This document shows positions 28,299 through 38,083 of a DNA stretch of 64,000 nucleotides, one piece after another; positions within the stretch are counted from its first letter, which is position 1, and each line of letters starts with the position of its first letter. Both the position numbers and the translations under genes were made by a program. Location of the stretch: the NCBI GenBank assembly GCA_965202805.1, contig OZ241869.1, positions 3,232,001-3,296,000 of the forward strand. Direction: 5' to 3'. The notes under the pieces are model-generated. The model did not search any database, was not told the DNA's origin, and worked only from the letters and a program-made list of their open reading frames with translations. The DNA is from Longimicrobiales bacterium. Its GTDB lineage: Bacteria; Gemmatimonadota; Gemmatimonadetes; Longimicrobiales; Gaopeijiaceae.

Positions 28299-28401
28299 GA
28301 CGACGCTTCTCCGCTGGACGTTGCAAGGGCGGCCCGCCCCCTCGCGTGGGACGGGCCGCAGCTCCTGCCCGACTGTCGGTCGGCCGGACCGCGTCGGCCG
28401 G

Positions 28402-30408
28402 CTACCCTGCGTCGGCCAGATCCCGCACAGCGTCCGCCAGCTTCTCCACCCTGCCGGAATCCAGCGCCCCGCCCGCGTCGCCGTCGAGCGCGTCCGCCAG
28501 CGAGCGCAGCGCGGAGGCCCGCGCCGAACCCGTCATGCCCTGGGCAGCGGACAGCTCGTCCCGCGCCGAAGCGATCCGGGCCGCGTCCAGGCCCCGGTGC
28601 CGCTCCAACTGGTCCAGATAGGCCCGGGCCAGCGCGAAGGTCGCCGGCCACTCGAAGATGGGCTGTCCCTGGGAGTTGAGATGGGTCAGGACTACGGCGT
28701 TGGCCGCGTCGATCTCGTTCCGGGTCAGGACCTCGCTCGGGACCAGCTCGAGGATGTCCAGCCCGCGCGCGATCTCCGAGTTGACGATCACCCCGTTGTA
28801 CCAGTAGACCGACCAGCTGCCGCCCATGCGCATCACTTCGCCGTCGACGGGTCCGCGGTCGAAGTAGGCGATCTCCACCGGATTGACGGGATCGGTCCAG
28901 TCGATCAGGGAGATGCCGCCCTGGTACCATCCCTGAATCATGATGTCGCGGCCGGGAATCGGAATGAGCGAGCCGTTGTGCGCGACGCAGTTTTCCTGCG
29001 GCGTCTGCGGCGCGGGCAGCTTGTAGTAGCTCTGGAACACCATCTCGCCGTCCTCGACGGTGAAGATGGCGTTGGCGCCCCACTCCTTCGGATCCGAGGC
29101 GCGGCACTTGGGGGAACCGCCGCCCCCCCACTCGTCGGTGAACATGACGGCGGTGCCGTCGTTGTTGAACGTCGCCGAGTGCCAGTACGAGAAGTTGGAG
29201 TCGGCTACCTCGGAGAGCCGCACCGGGTTCTCCGGGTCGCTGATGTCGATCAGCATGCCGTAGCCCTCGCAGGCCCCGCCCGCGAGCCCGATGGCCGGAT
29301 ACACGGTGATGTCGTGGCACTGCGTCGGACCGGAAGCCTCTCCGTGCGCCCCTCCCGTCATCTGCTCCATGATCGCCGGCAGGGCTTCGCGCAGCGCCGC
29401 GCTGTCGGCGGCGGTGGGGGGACCCTCGCCTCCGCGCCGGGCCACCATCTGCGCCAGCAGCGGCTCTATGTACCGGTCCGGCAGCACCACCGCCATGCCC
29501 ATCATCTCGATCACGAAGGCGCCGGTCTCGCGGGCAGCCTCGATCTCGGCGATATCGTCGGGGGCCAGACCGTGCGTGGGGGGCGCCACCAGGTCCTCGA
29601 AGATTCGGGGCGAGCTGACGATCGCCGCGCTGGCGGGATCGGCCAGGGGTACGCGGATGACCTCGATGCGGAAGAGCGCGGTGTTGGGATCCTCCTCGGG
29701 CGGCGCGTCGGAGCAGCCGGGGAGCTCTTCGGCGGGCCGTACCGGAGCCGAGCCGGAGACGTAGACGTAGACGTTCTCGTCGTCCCCGGGGTGTTCGAGC
29801 ACCGTGTGCGTGTGCGATCCGCGGCAGGTCTGCACGTTGGCGACGTATTCGGGCGCGGTGATGTCGGTGATGTCGAAGATGCGGATGCCGCGCAGCCGGT
29901 CGTGGCTCACGGCCTCCTCGATGCCCTCCCCGCCGCAGTCGAGCCGCCCGCCGAACCCCTCGCCCGAGACGAACAGCAGGTGCTCGTAGACGGAGACATC
30001 GCTCTGCGAGGCAGGGCACACGTAGCTGATCACCGACTCCGGGCTGGCCGGGTCGGAGATGTCCCAGATCTGGATGCCGTCGTAGTTGCCCTGGATGGCG
30101 TAGGGTCCGGTGAAGGCCAGGTCCGAGTTGGTCTGGCCCACGAAGGGCTCGGGCGGAGGCGTGGCCGAGACCAGGCGCAGGTTCCAGATCGCCTCGCCGG
30201 CGTCGAAGAGTCCGGGCGCCAGCCCCACGCGCGGGTCGGGCGTGGGCGGACTCACGCTCAGGGGCGCGAGACTCGCGGGGGCCGCGCCGGAATCGGGCGA
30301 CGAGTATCCCGCGCACGCGGGCAGAAGAACGAGCAGGGCCGCGCAGGCAGGAAGCGCGGACGGGCGCGCCGCTCGCAGGCGTTCACGGGTCCATGAGAGA
30401 GAGATCAT
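28402..30408 (-). CDS. LVIVD-repeat beta-propeller lipoprotein, paralog 3
   Basis: LPAC lipobox; NSDLAF, GIQIWDISDP, GIRIFDI, GSHTHT, CHDITV, YWHSATF, CVAHNG and EIARGLD motifs. Confidence 0.85.
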   Translation of the reverse strand: MISLSWTRERLRAARPSALPACAALLVLLPACAGYSSPDSGAAPASLAPLSVSPPTPDPRVGLAPGLFDAGEAIWNLRLVSATPPPEPFVGQTNSDLAFTGPYAIQGNYDGIQIWDISDPASPESVISYVCPASQSDVSVYEHLLFVSGEGFGGRLDCGGEGIEEAVSHDRLRGIRIFDITDITAPEYVANVQTCRGSHTHTVLEHPGDDENVYVYVSGSAPVRPAEELPGCSDAPPEEDPNTALFRIEVIRVPLADPASAAIVSSPRIFEDLVAPPTHGLAPDDIAEIEAARETGAFVIEMMGMAVVLPDRYIEPLLAQMVARRGGEGPPTAADSAALREALPAIMEQMTGGAHGEASGPTQCHDITVYPAIGLAGGACEGYGMLIDISDPENPVRLSEVADSNFSYWHSATFNNDGTAVMFTDEWGGGGSPKCRASDPKEWGANAIFTVEDGEMVFQSYYKLPAPQTPQENCVAHNGSLIPIPGRDIMIQGWYQGGISLIDWTDPVNPVEIAYFDRGPVDGEVMRMGGSWSVYWYNGVIVNSEIARGLDILELVPSEVLTRNEIDAANAVVLTHLNSQGQPIFEWPATFALARAYLDQLERHRGLDAARIASARDELSAAQGMTGSARASALRSLADALDGDAGGALDSGRVEKLADAVRDLADAG

Positions 30409-32402
30409 GCGTCCGCCAGGTCGCGCACCGCGTCCGCCAGCCTCTCGACCTTGGCTGAGTCCAGCGCCCCGCCGGCGTCCGAGCCGAGGGCGTCCGCCAG
30501 AGAACGAAGCGCCGAAGCGCGCGCCGACCCCATCATGCCTTCGGCGGCGGAGAGATCAGCCCGCGCCGATGCGATGCGGCCGGCATCCAGCCCGTTGTGC
30601 CGTTCCAGCTGGTCCAGGTAGGCCCGGGCCAGCGCGAAAGTCGCGGGCCACTCGAAGATGGGCTGCCCCTGGGAATTGAGCTGAGTCAGCGTGACCGAGT
30701 TGGCCGCGTCGATCTCGTTCTGGGTCATCACCTCGCTCGTCGTCAGCTCGAAGATGTCCAGCCCGCGCGCGATCTCGGAGTTGACGATCACGCCGTTGTA
30801 CCAGTAGACCGACCAGCTGCCGCCGCTCCTCATTACCTCGGCGTCGACCGGGCCGCGGTCGAAGAACGCGATCTCCACCGGATTGGCCGGATCGGTCCAG
30901 TCGATCAGGGAGATGCCGCCCTGGTACCAGCCCTGGATCATGATGTCGCGGCCGGGAATCGGGATCAGCGAGCCGTTGTGAGCGACGCAGTTCTCCAGCG
31001 TCGTCTGCGGGGCGGGCATCTTGTAGTAGCTCTGGAACACCATGTCGCCGTCCTCGATGGTGAAGATGGCGTTGGCGCCCCACTCCATGGGATCGGACTC
31101 GCGGCACTTGGGGGAGCCGCCGCCGCCCCATTCGTCGGTGAACATCACGGTCGTGCCGTCGTTGTTGAACGTCGCCGAGTGCCAGTAGGAGAAGTTCGAG
31201 TCGGCGACTTCGGAGAGCCGGAACGGGCTTTCGGGGTTGCTGATGTCGATCAGCATCCCGTACCCCCCGCAGGCGCCGCCCGCGAGCCCGATGTGCGGGT
31301 ACACGGTGATGTCATGGCACTGCGTGGGGCCGCTGTCGCCCCTCGCGGGGATCTGCGCTTCCAGTTCGGGAATCATCGCCCGCAGGGCTGCGCTGTCGGC
31401 GGCGGTGGGCGGACCTTCGCCGCCGCGCTGCTCCACGATACCTTCGAGCAGCTCGACCACCTGCCGGTCGCGCATCACCCTCGGCTGGCCCCGGACCTCC
31501 CAGACGAAGGCGCCGCGCTCGCGGGCTTCCTCGATCTCCACGAGGTCCGCCGGCGCGAGCCCGTGGGTGGGCGGTGCCGTCAGATCCCCGAAGATGCGGG
31601 GCGAGCTGACGATCTCGGCGCTGGCCGGATCCGCCAGCGGCACACGGATGACCTCGATGCGGAAGAGCGCCGTGTTGGGATCCTCCTCGAGCGGTGCGTC
31701 GGAACAGCCCGGGAGTTCTTCCGAGGGCCGGACCGTGGACGAGCCGGAGACGTAGACGTAGACGTTCTCGTCGTCGCCGGGGTGCTCGAGCACGGTGTGC
31801 GTGTGGGAGCCGCGGCAGGTCTGCACGTTGGCGACGTACTCCGGGTCGGTAATATCGGTGATGTCGAAGATGCGGATGCCGCGCAGCCGGTCGTGGCTCA
31901 CGGCCTCCTGGACTCCCTGGTCGCCGCAGTCGAGGCGCCCGCCGAGTCCTTCGCCCGACACGAAGAGCAGGTGCTCGTGGACGGAGACGTCGCTCTGCGA
32001 GGCGGGGCACGGGTACGTGATCACCGACTGCGGGCTGGCGGGATCCGAGATGTCCCAGATCTGGATGCCGTCGTAGTTGCCCTGGATGACGTAGTTGCCG
32101 GTGAACGCAAGATCGGAATTCGTCTGGCCGATGAAGCGTTCGGTGGGCGGCGTGGTCGAGATCAGGCGCAGGTTCCAGGCGGCCTCCCCGGCGTCGAAGA
32201 GTCCGGGTGCCAGGCCGACGCGCGGGTCGGGCGTGGGCGGGTTCACGCGCAGGGGCGCGAGACCGGCGGGAGCCATTCCCGTGTCCGGAGCCGAGTAGGC
32301 GGAACAGGCGGGCAGCACCAGGAGCAGCGCCACGCAGGAGAGGAGCGCACCGAGGCGCGCCGGGGCGGTGACGCGGTTCCGCGTCGATCGGAGACAGGTC
32401 AT
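30405..32402 (-). CDS. LVIVD-repeat beta-propeller lipoprotein, paralog 2
   Basis: Same motif set as paralog 3; ATGA overlap with it. Confidence 0.85.
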   Translation of the reverse strand: MTCLRSTRNRVTAPARLGALLSCVALLLVLPACSAYSAPDTGMAPAGLAPLRVNPPTPDPRVGLAPGLFDAGEAAWNLRLISTTPPTERFIGQTNSDLAFTGNYVIQGNYDGIQIWDISDPASPQSVITYPCPASQSDVSVHEHLLFVSGEGLGGRLDCGDQGVQEAVSHDRLRGIRIFDITDITDPEYVANVQTCRGSHTHTVLEHPGDDENVYVYVSGSSTVRPSEELPGCSDAPLEEDPNTALFRIEVIRVPLADPASAEIVSSPRIFGDLTAPPTHGLAPADLVEIEEARERGAFVWEVRGQPRVMRDRQVVELLEGIVEQRGGEGPPTAADSAALRAMIPELEAQIPARGDSGPTQCHDITVYPHIGLAGGACGGYGMLIDISNPESPFRLSEVADSNFSYWHSATFNNDGTTVMFTDEWGGGGSPKCRESDPMEWGANAIFTIEDGDMVFQSYYKMPAPQTTLENCVAHNGSLIPIPGRDIMIQGWYQGGISLIDWTDPANPVEIAFFDRGPVDAEVMRSGGSWSVYWYNGVIVNSEIARGLDIFELTTSEVMTQNEIDAANSVTLTQLNSQGQPIFEWPATFALARAYLDQLERHNGLDAGRIASARADLSAAEGMMGSARASALRSLADALGSDAGGALDSAKVERLADAVRDLADA

Positions 32403-32436
32403 GTCACACTTCCTCGGGTGGGGTGGGTACTGCGGG

Positions 32437-33126
32437 TCAGTCCTGGAGGCCGGGCCCGGCCATCTGCTCGAGCATCAGCTCCATGCGGGCGATTTCGGTG
32501 GCCTGATCGACCTGGATGTCGGAGGCCATCTTGAAGATGAAGTCGTCCTGGGCGGCTCCGTCTGTGGCGAAGAGTTCGTGCACCATGGTGACGGCGCCCT
32601 CGTGGTGCTGGATCATGTAGGTGAGAAAGAGGCGGTCGAAGTCCGGGCCCCGGGCCAGCTCCAGCTCGCGCAGCTGCTCGGGGGAGAGCATCCCCGGCAT
32701 GTGCATCGCGTGCTCCGGGCCGTGGAGCATCAGCATCGCGCCCTCGATATGGAACTCGGGCACCGGAAGGCCGCGCTCGCGGAGCCAGCGCTGCATGATG
32801 GCGATCTCGTCGCTCTGGGCGTTGATGATGCGCGCGCAGAGGACCTGGACCGAGGGGCTGGCGCCATTTTCGGGGGCGAAGCCCGCCATGACCAGCGCCT
32901 GGGCGTGGTGCCCGATCATGCCGGTCATGAAGTGCACGTCGGCCTCGTGCGGGTTGAGAAGGAGGCTGTCGGCGCGCGCCTCGTAGATCGCCTCGAGCTG
33001 CGCGATGCGGTCGGCATCGGGACGCGCGGCGGGCGGGGGAGCGCCGGGTCCGGCGCCCGCGCACGCCTGGGTGGCCGCGAGCAATGCGAAAAGCAGGAAA
33101 CGATGAGTGTTCATGGGCATCAACAT
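32437..33126 (-). CDS. DUF305 (ferritin-like four-helix) lipoprotein
   Basis: ADVHFMTGMIGHHAQALVM...AQSDEI and FDRLFLTYMIQHHEGAVTM...DQATEI duplicated motifs; TQAC lipobox-like sequence. Start could be 33126, 33120 or 33114. Confidence 0.9.
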   Translation of the reverse strand: MLMPMNTHRFLLFALLAATQACAGAGPGAPPPAARPDADRIAQLEAIYEARADSLLLNPHEADVHFMTGMIGHHAQALVMAGFAPENGASPSVQVLCARIINAQSDEIAIMQRWLRERGLPVPEFHIEGAMLMLHGPEHAMHMPGMLSPEQLRELELARGPDFDRLFLTYMIQHHEGAVTMVHELFATDGAAQDDFIFKMASDIQVDQATEIARMELMLEQMAGPGLQD

Positions 33127-33127
33127 A

Positions 33128-35128
33128 CTACATGTCCGCCAGATCCCGCACGGCATCAGCCAGCTTTCCGACCTTGGCGGAATCCGCCGATCCGCGGGCG
33201 TCGGAGGCGAGCGCGTCCGCCAGCGAGCGCAGCGCGGACGCCCGCCCCGATCCCGTCATCCCCTCGGCGGCGCTCAACTCGCTCCGCGCGGACGCGATGC
33301 GGGCCTCGGCGAGCCCGCGGTGCCGCTCCAGCTGGTCCAGATAGGCCCGCGCCAGCGCGAAGGTCGCCGGCCACTCGAAGATGGGCTGCCCCTGCGAGTT
33401 GAGGTGCGTCAGTTCGACGGAATTCGCGGCGTCGATCTCGTTCTGCGTCATCGCCTCGCTCGGAACGAGCTCGAGGATGTCCAGCCCGCGGGCGATCTCG
33501 GAGTTGACGATCACGCCGTTGTACCAGTAGACCGACCAGCTGCCGCCCATGCGCATCACCTCGCCGTCGACGGGGCCGCGGTCGAAGTACGCGATCTCGA
33601 CGGGATTTGTCGGGTCGGTCCAGTCGATCAGGGAGATGCCGCCCTGGTACCATCCCTGGATCATGATGTCGCGGCCGGGAATGGGGATGAGCGAGCCGTT
33701 GTGCGCGACGCAGTTCTCCTGCGGCGTTTGCGGCGCGGGCAGCTTGTAGTAGCTCGTAAACACCATCTCGCCGTCCTCGACGGTGAAAATGGCGTTGGCG
33801 CCCCACTCCACCGGGTCCGAGGCACGGCACTTGGGCGATCCGCCGCCGCCCCATTCGTCGGTGAACATGATGGCGGTGCCGTCGTTGTTGAAGGTCGCCG
33901 AGTGCCAGTAGGAGAAGTTGGAGTCGGCCACTTCCGAGAGCCGCACCGGGTTCTCCGGGTCGCTGATGTCGATCAGCATCCCGTACCCCTCGCATGCGCC
34001 GCCCGCGAGTCCGATGGCCGGATACACGGTGATGTCGTGGCACTGGGTGGGGCCGGTCTCCTCGCCCCCGGGCATCTGCGCGGCAACCATCGCCGGGAGC
34101 ATCTCGCGCAGCATGGCGCTGTCCGCCGCAGTGGGCGGGCCTTCGCCGCCACGCTCCTCCACGACCTGCGCGAGTATCTGCTCAGCCGCAAAATCGGGCA
34201 CCACCATCTCCTGTCCCATCACTTCCACGACGAAGGCGCCGCGCTCCCGGGCCGCCTCCACCTCGGCGATGTCGTCGGGCGCCGGCCCGTGCGTGGGCGG
34301 AGCCATAAGGTCCTCGAAAATGCGGGGCGAGCTCACGATCGCGGCGCTGGCGGGATCGGCCAGGGGGACCTTGATGACCTCGATGCGGAAGAGGGCCGTG
34401 TTGGGATCCTCCTCGGGGGGTGCGCCGGAGCAGCCGGGGAGCTCTTCGGCGGGCCGGACCGGGGCCGAGCCGGATACGTAGACGTAGACGTTCTCGTCGT
34501 CGCCGGGATGTTCGAGCACCGTGTGGGTGTGGGAGCCGCGGCAGGTCTGCACGTTGGCCACGTATTCCGGCGCGGTGATGTCCGAGATGTCGAAGATGCG
34601 GATGCCGCGCAGGCGGTCATGGCTTACGGCTTCCTCGATTCCTTCGTCGCCGCAGTCCAGCCGCCCGCCGAATCCCTCGCCCGACACGAAGAGCAGATGC
34701 TCGTACACGGAGACGTCGCTCTGCGAGGCGGGGCACACGTAGGTGATCACCGACTCGGGGTTGGCCGGATCGGAGATGTCCCAGATCTGGATGCCGTCGT
34801 AGTTGCCCTGGATGGCATAGGGGCCGGTGAAGGCGAGGTCCGAGTTGGTCTGGCCCACGAAGGGCTCGGTCGGAGGCGTGGCGGAAACCAGTTGCAGGTT
34901 CCAGATGGCCTCTCCGGCGTCGAACAGTCCCGGGGCCAGCCCGACGCGCGGGTCCGGCGTGGGCGGGTTCACGCTCAGGGGGACGAGGCTGGCGGGCGTC
35001 ATTCCCGTGTCGGGGGCGGTGTAGCCGGAGCAGGCGGGCAGCACCACAAGCAGCGCCGCGCAGGAAAGGATGGCGAGCGCGCGTGTCGGGGTCGGGACGC
35101 GGTCACACGTCGGTCGAACGGAGGTCAT
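33128..35128 (-). CDS. LVIVD-repeat beta-propeller lipoprotein, paralog 1
   Basis: Same motif set; GAGGA RBS before ATG 35128. Confidence 0.85.
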   Translation of the reverse strand: MTSVRPTCDRVPTPTRALAILSCAALLVVLPACSGYTAPDTGMTPASLVPLSVNPPTPDPRVGLAPGLFDAGEAIWNLQLVSATPPTEPFVGQTNSDLAFTGPYAIQGNYDGIQIWDISDPANPESVITYVCPASQSDVSVYEHLLFVSGEGFGGRLDCGDEGIEEAVSHDRLRGIRIFDISDITAPEYVANVQTCRGSHTHTVLEHPGDDENVYVYVSGSAPVRPAEELPGCSGAPPEEDPNTALFRIEVIKVPLADPASAAIVSSPRIFEDLMAPPTHGPAPDDIAEVEAARERGAFVVEVMGQEMVVPDFAAEQILAQVVEERGGEGPPTAADSAMLREMLPAMVAAQMPGGEETGPTQCHDITVYPAIGLAGGACEGYGMLIDISDPENPVRLSEVADSNFSYWHSATFNNDGTAIMFTDEWGGGGSPKCRASDPVEWGANAIFTVEDGEMVFTSYYKLPAPQTPQENCVAHNGSLIPIPGRDIMIQGWYQGGISLIDWTDPTNPVEIAYFDRGPVDGEVMRMGGSWSVYWYNGVIVNSEIARGLDILELVPSEAMTQNEIDAANSVELTHLNSQGQPIFEWPATFALARAYLDQLERHRGLAEARIASARSELSAAEGMTGSGRASALRSLADALASDARGSADSAKVGKLADAVRDLADM

Positions 35129-35253
35129 GTCGGGGTCCTCGGTTGGAATGGTATGGCGGGACATGGGGCGGGCATGCCGAGGCGGCTTCTCCTGGCCCCA
35201 ACATACAAGGTTTCGGGCCGGTGTGTTTCCGGTGGCTATTCCACGTCCACGTC

Positions 35254-36390
35254 CTACCAGGCCACCGTCCCCAGTTCCCGCCAGGGGATCAGCCTGCCCG
35301 CCGTGCGGTGCTGACGACTCTCACCTCCGTAGACCACCGTCACGTCGAGCGCCGTGCCGTGCGGAAAGTGCTTCCTGACGCGCTCGACCCCCCGATACAG
35401 GGTCGCGGACGGCGTCGCTGTCGACTTGGCTTCGAGCAGCGTGAGACCGTCGGGCCGCTCAATCACGAGATCGACCTCGGCTCCATTGCGATCGCGGTAG
35501 AACGAAAGACCTCGGCCCTCGCCGCGGTTCGCGCGTTGCTTGACGATTTCCGAGACTGCCCAGGTCTCGAATATGGGGCCCCGCAGCGGATGCGAGCGCA
35601 GGTGCGCGGGTTCGCGGATGCCCAGTAGCCAGCAGGCGAGCCCGGTGTCGTGGAAATACAGTTTGGGCATCTTGACGAGCCGCTTGCGCAGGTTGGCGTG
35701 GAACGCGGGCAGCCGGAATGCGATGAAGCCGGTTTCCAGAATGCTCAACCAGGCTTTGGCGGTGGGCTGTGAGATGCCGCAATCACCGGCCAGGGCGGAG
35801 TAGTTGAGGAGCTGCCCTGTGCGTCCGGCGCAAAGCTGCACGAATCGCTGGAACGCTGCCAGGTCGCCGACGTTGCTGATGGTGCGCACGTCGCGCTCGA
35901 TATACGTGGCGACGTACGAGCGGAGCCATCGCGCCGGGTCGAGCATCCGGTCGAAGATGCGCGGATAGCTGCCGGAGAACAGAGCCTCGTCGAGGCACCG
36001 GGGGTGACGGTCGAAGCGCCGGATCTCGCTCCAGGTCAGGGGCAGCAGATGGAGGACCTGGGTCCGCCCGGCGAGCGACTGGCTGACCGACGCGAGGAGC
36101 GAGAGGTTCTGGGAACCGGTCAGGATCCAGCGTCCGGGGCGGGGATCTGCGTCGATGACGCCTTGCAGGTAGGAGAGCAGATCCGGAACGCGCTGCACCT
36201 CGTCGATGATGGCGGCTTCGGGTAGTTCCGCCAGGAACGCCCGTGGGTCCTCCCTCGCGAACACGCGAGTGTCGGGGGCCTCGAGCGTACGGTACGCGTG
36301 GTTGGGGAAGAGAGCTCGGCACAGCGTGGTCTTGCCGCTCTGGCGGGGGCCGGTGAGCGTGACGGCGGGGGCCTGGTTGGCTGCTGCCAG
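35254..36390 (-). CDS. AAA_14 + DUF4143 ATP-binding protein; canonical start apparently lost (possible pseudogene or CTG start)
   Basis: Frame open upstream of the called GTG through AVTLTGPRQSGKTTL (Walker A); IIDEVQ, ILTGSQ, SLAGR, KMPKLYFHDTG, FETW and YRDRNGAEVD; no ATG/GTG/TTG upstream of Walker A. Confidence 0.75.
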   Translation of the reverse strand: MAAANQAPAVTLTGPRQSGKTTLCRALFPNHAYRTLEAPDTRVFAREDPRAFLAELPEAAIIDEVQRVPDLLSYLQGVIDADPRPGRWILTGSQNLSLLASVSQSLAGRTQVLHLLPLTWSEIRRFDRHPRCLDEALFSGSYPRIFDRMLDPARWLRSYVATYIERDVRTISNVGDLAAFQRFVQLCAGRTGQLLNYSALAGDCGISQPTAKAWLSILETGFIAFRLPAFHANLRKRLVKMPKLYFHDTGLACWLLGIREPAHLRSHPLRGPIFETWAVSEIVKQRANRGEGRGLSFYRDRNGAEVDLVIERPDGLTLLEAKSTATPSATLYRGVERVRKHFPHGTALDVTVVYGGESRQHRTAGRLIPWRELGTVAW

Positions 36391-36403
36391 GCCCTGCCCG
36401 TTC

Positions 36404-38083
36404 CTAGCGCCCCACTCCTTTGCGCGGGATGCGCGCGTCCGCGATGGCGGCGTGATAGACGAAGGACGCCATGATGACGGCGTTCTTGATGAGGTCGTCG
36501 ATGGGCAGGGTGTCGTAGAAGTCGAGGTTGGTGTGGCCTCCGGTGCCGCCCACGCGCGCCTGCAGGAACTGGAAGGCGGGCAGGCCGGCGCGGTCGAAGG
36601 GGACGTGGTCGGTGCTGCCCACGCCCTGGGGCGCGAGCGTGGTCATGCCCATGTCGCGCAGGGGCTCCATCCAGGCTTCGAAGATGGGGCGCACGTGCTC
36701 GTTCTCCTGCAGCCAGACGCCCCGGTACTGGCCCGGGCCGTAGTCCTGGTTGAAGTAGACGGAGAAGTTTTCGTAGTCGGGCCGGGTGCCGGAGGACGGG
36801 TAGCCGAAGTGCCGGCGCACGTATTCGGTGGAGCCGAACAGCCCCTGCTCCTCGCCGGACCAGAGCGCCACCCGGATGGTGCGCCGCGGCCGCGCCCCGA
36901 TGGCGTTCAGGATGCGCGCGGCCTCGAGCATGACAGCCACCCCGGAGGTGTTGTCGCTCGCGTTCGGGCTCGCATGCCAGGTGTCGAAGTGGGCGCCCAG
37001 CATGACCACCTCGTGGGCCAGGTCGGTGCCGGGGATCTCACCCACCACGTTGCGCGCCTCGGTGACCGACTCGCCGTGCCGGTTGCGCACCTCGGCCTCG
37101 ACGGTCACCGGGATGCCGCGGCGCAGGATGCGGTACATGCGGTTGTAGTGCTCGGGGGTGACCGCCACCACCGGCACCGAGGCCAAGGTGGCGTCGCGCG
37201 ACCAGCGATCGACGCGGGCTCCGGCGCGGGCGAACCCGCGCACCGCTCCCGGCCAGCCGCTGTTGGATTCGAGCACCAGCGCGACGCCCTCCTCGACGTA
37301 GAAGGCGAGCCGCTCGGCCGCGGTGAGGATGTCCAGGTTGGCGGGCTCATCGGGGTAGAGGCGCGAGAAGTAGGTGTCGGGCCCGGGTGGGATCGGGATA
37401 ACGTCCTCGGCGAGCGCGCGCATCTCCTCGTCGGTGCGGCGCGGGGTGCCGGTCGCGAACCGGGTCAGGTCGATGGCGGGGGGCGGGGTGGAGAGCACGG
37501 CCTTGCCGCGCAGCGTGCCCCTGAGCGAGGCCAGGCCGGTCCAGGTGCGCACGTCGGCGATGACCACGTCCAGTTCGAGCTTGCCGTCCGTGCCCGGAGT
37601 GTGGGCGATCGGGTAGGCCACCAGGGGCTGGTAGGCCGGGGCGGTCATATGTACCGATACGTACTCGTTGTCCCAGCTGACCCCGTAGGGCATGAAGGGC
37701 TCGCGCGCGATGTTCACCAGCCCGATGCGCTCCATCTCCCCGACCACCCAGCGCTGCGCGCGGTCCATGGCGTCCGAATTGGTCAGGCGACCGCCCAGCA
37801 CGTCGGTCATGTAGGAGAGGGTGTTGGGGAGCTGCGAGCGCTTGAGGCCTTCTTCGCGTATGCGTGCGACCATTGCCCGGTCGACGGGGAAGGCGGCGGC
37901 GGGGTCGGCGGGGAACGTCTTCTGGGTTGCCCCGGGCGCCGGGATGGCCAGAAGGGCCAGCAGCAGTGCGCACCGTGGCACGCGCGCGGGCGTCGGAGCG
38001 GCCTGGGCCCCGCGCGCCGGTGCCCCTCGTGCGACCGGGCGCGGGCGCCCGGATGCCGTCAGGGGACTGTTCCTGCCGCTCAC
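36404..38083 (-). CDS. Secreted M28-family metallopeptidase (carboxypeptidase Q-like)
   Basis: GAHFDTW, ASDNTSG, WSGEEQGLFGS, YFNQD, STDHVPF and HTNLD motifs; GTGA overlap with the upstream gene. Confidence 0.88.
   Translation of the reverse strand: MSGRNSPLTASGRPRPVARGAPARGAQAAPTPARVPRCALLLALLAIPAPGATQKTFPADPAAAFPVDRAMVARIREEGLKRSQLPNTLSYMTDVLGGRLTNSDAMDRAQRWVVGEMERIGLVNIAREPFMPYGVSWDNEYVSVHMTAPAYQPLVAYPIAHTPGTDGKLELDVVIADVRTWTGLASLRGTLRGKAVLSTPPPAIDLTRFATGTPRRTDEEMRALAEDVIPIPPGPDTYFSRLYPDEPANLDILTAAERLAFYVEEGVALVLESNSGWPGAVRGFARAGARVDRWSRDATLASVPVVAVTPEHYNRMYRILRRGIPVTVEAEVRNRHGESVTEARNVVGEIPGTDLAHEVVMLGAHFDTWHASPNASDNTSGVAVMLEAARILNAIGARPRRTIRVALWSGEEQGLFGSTEYVRRHFGYPSSGTRPDYENFSVYFNQDYGPGQYRGVWLQENEHVRPIFEAWMEPLRDMGMTTLAPQGVGSTDHVPFDRAGLPAFQFLQARVGGTGGHTNLDFYDTLPIDDLIKNAVIMASFVYHAAIADARIPRKGVGR

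Noticed and set aside
28402..35128. Diversity-generating retroelement behind the LVIVD paralogs
   Set aside because: No reverse transcriptase in the window; all copies are full genes and the differences do not look adenine-specific.
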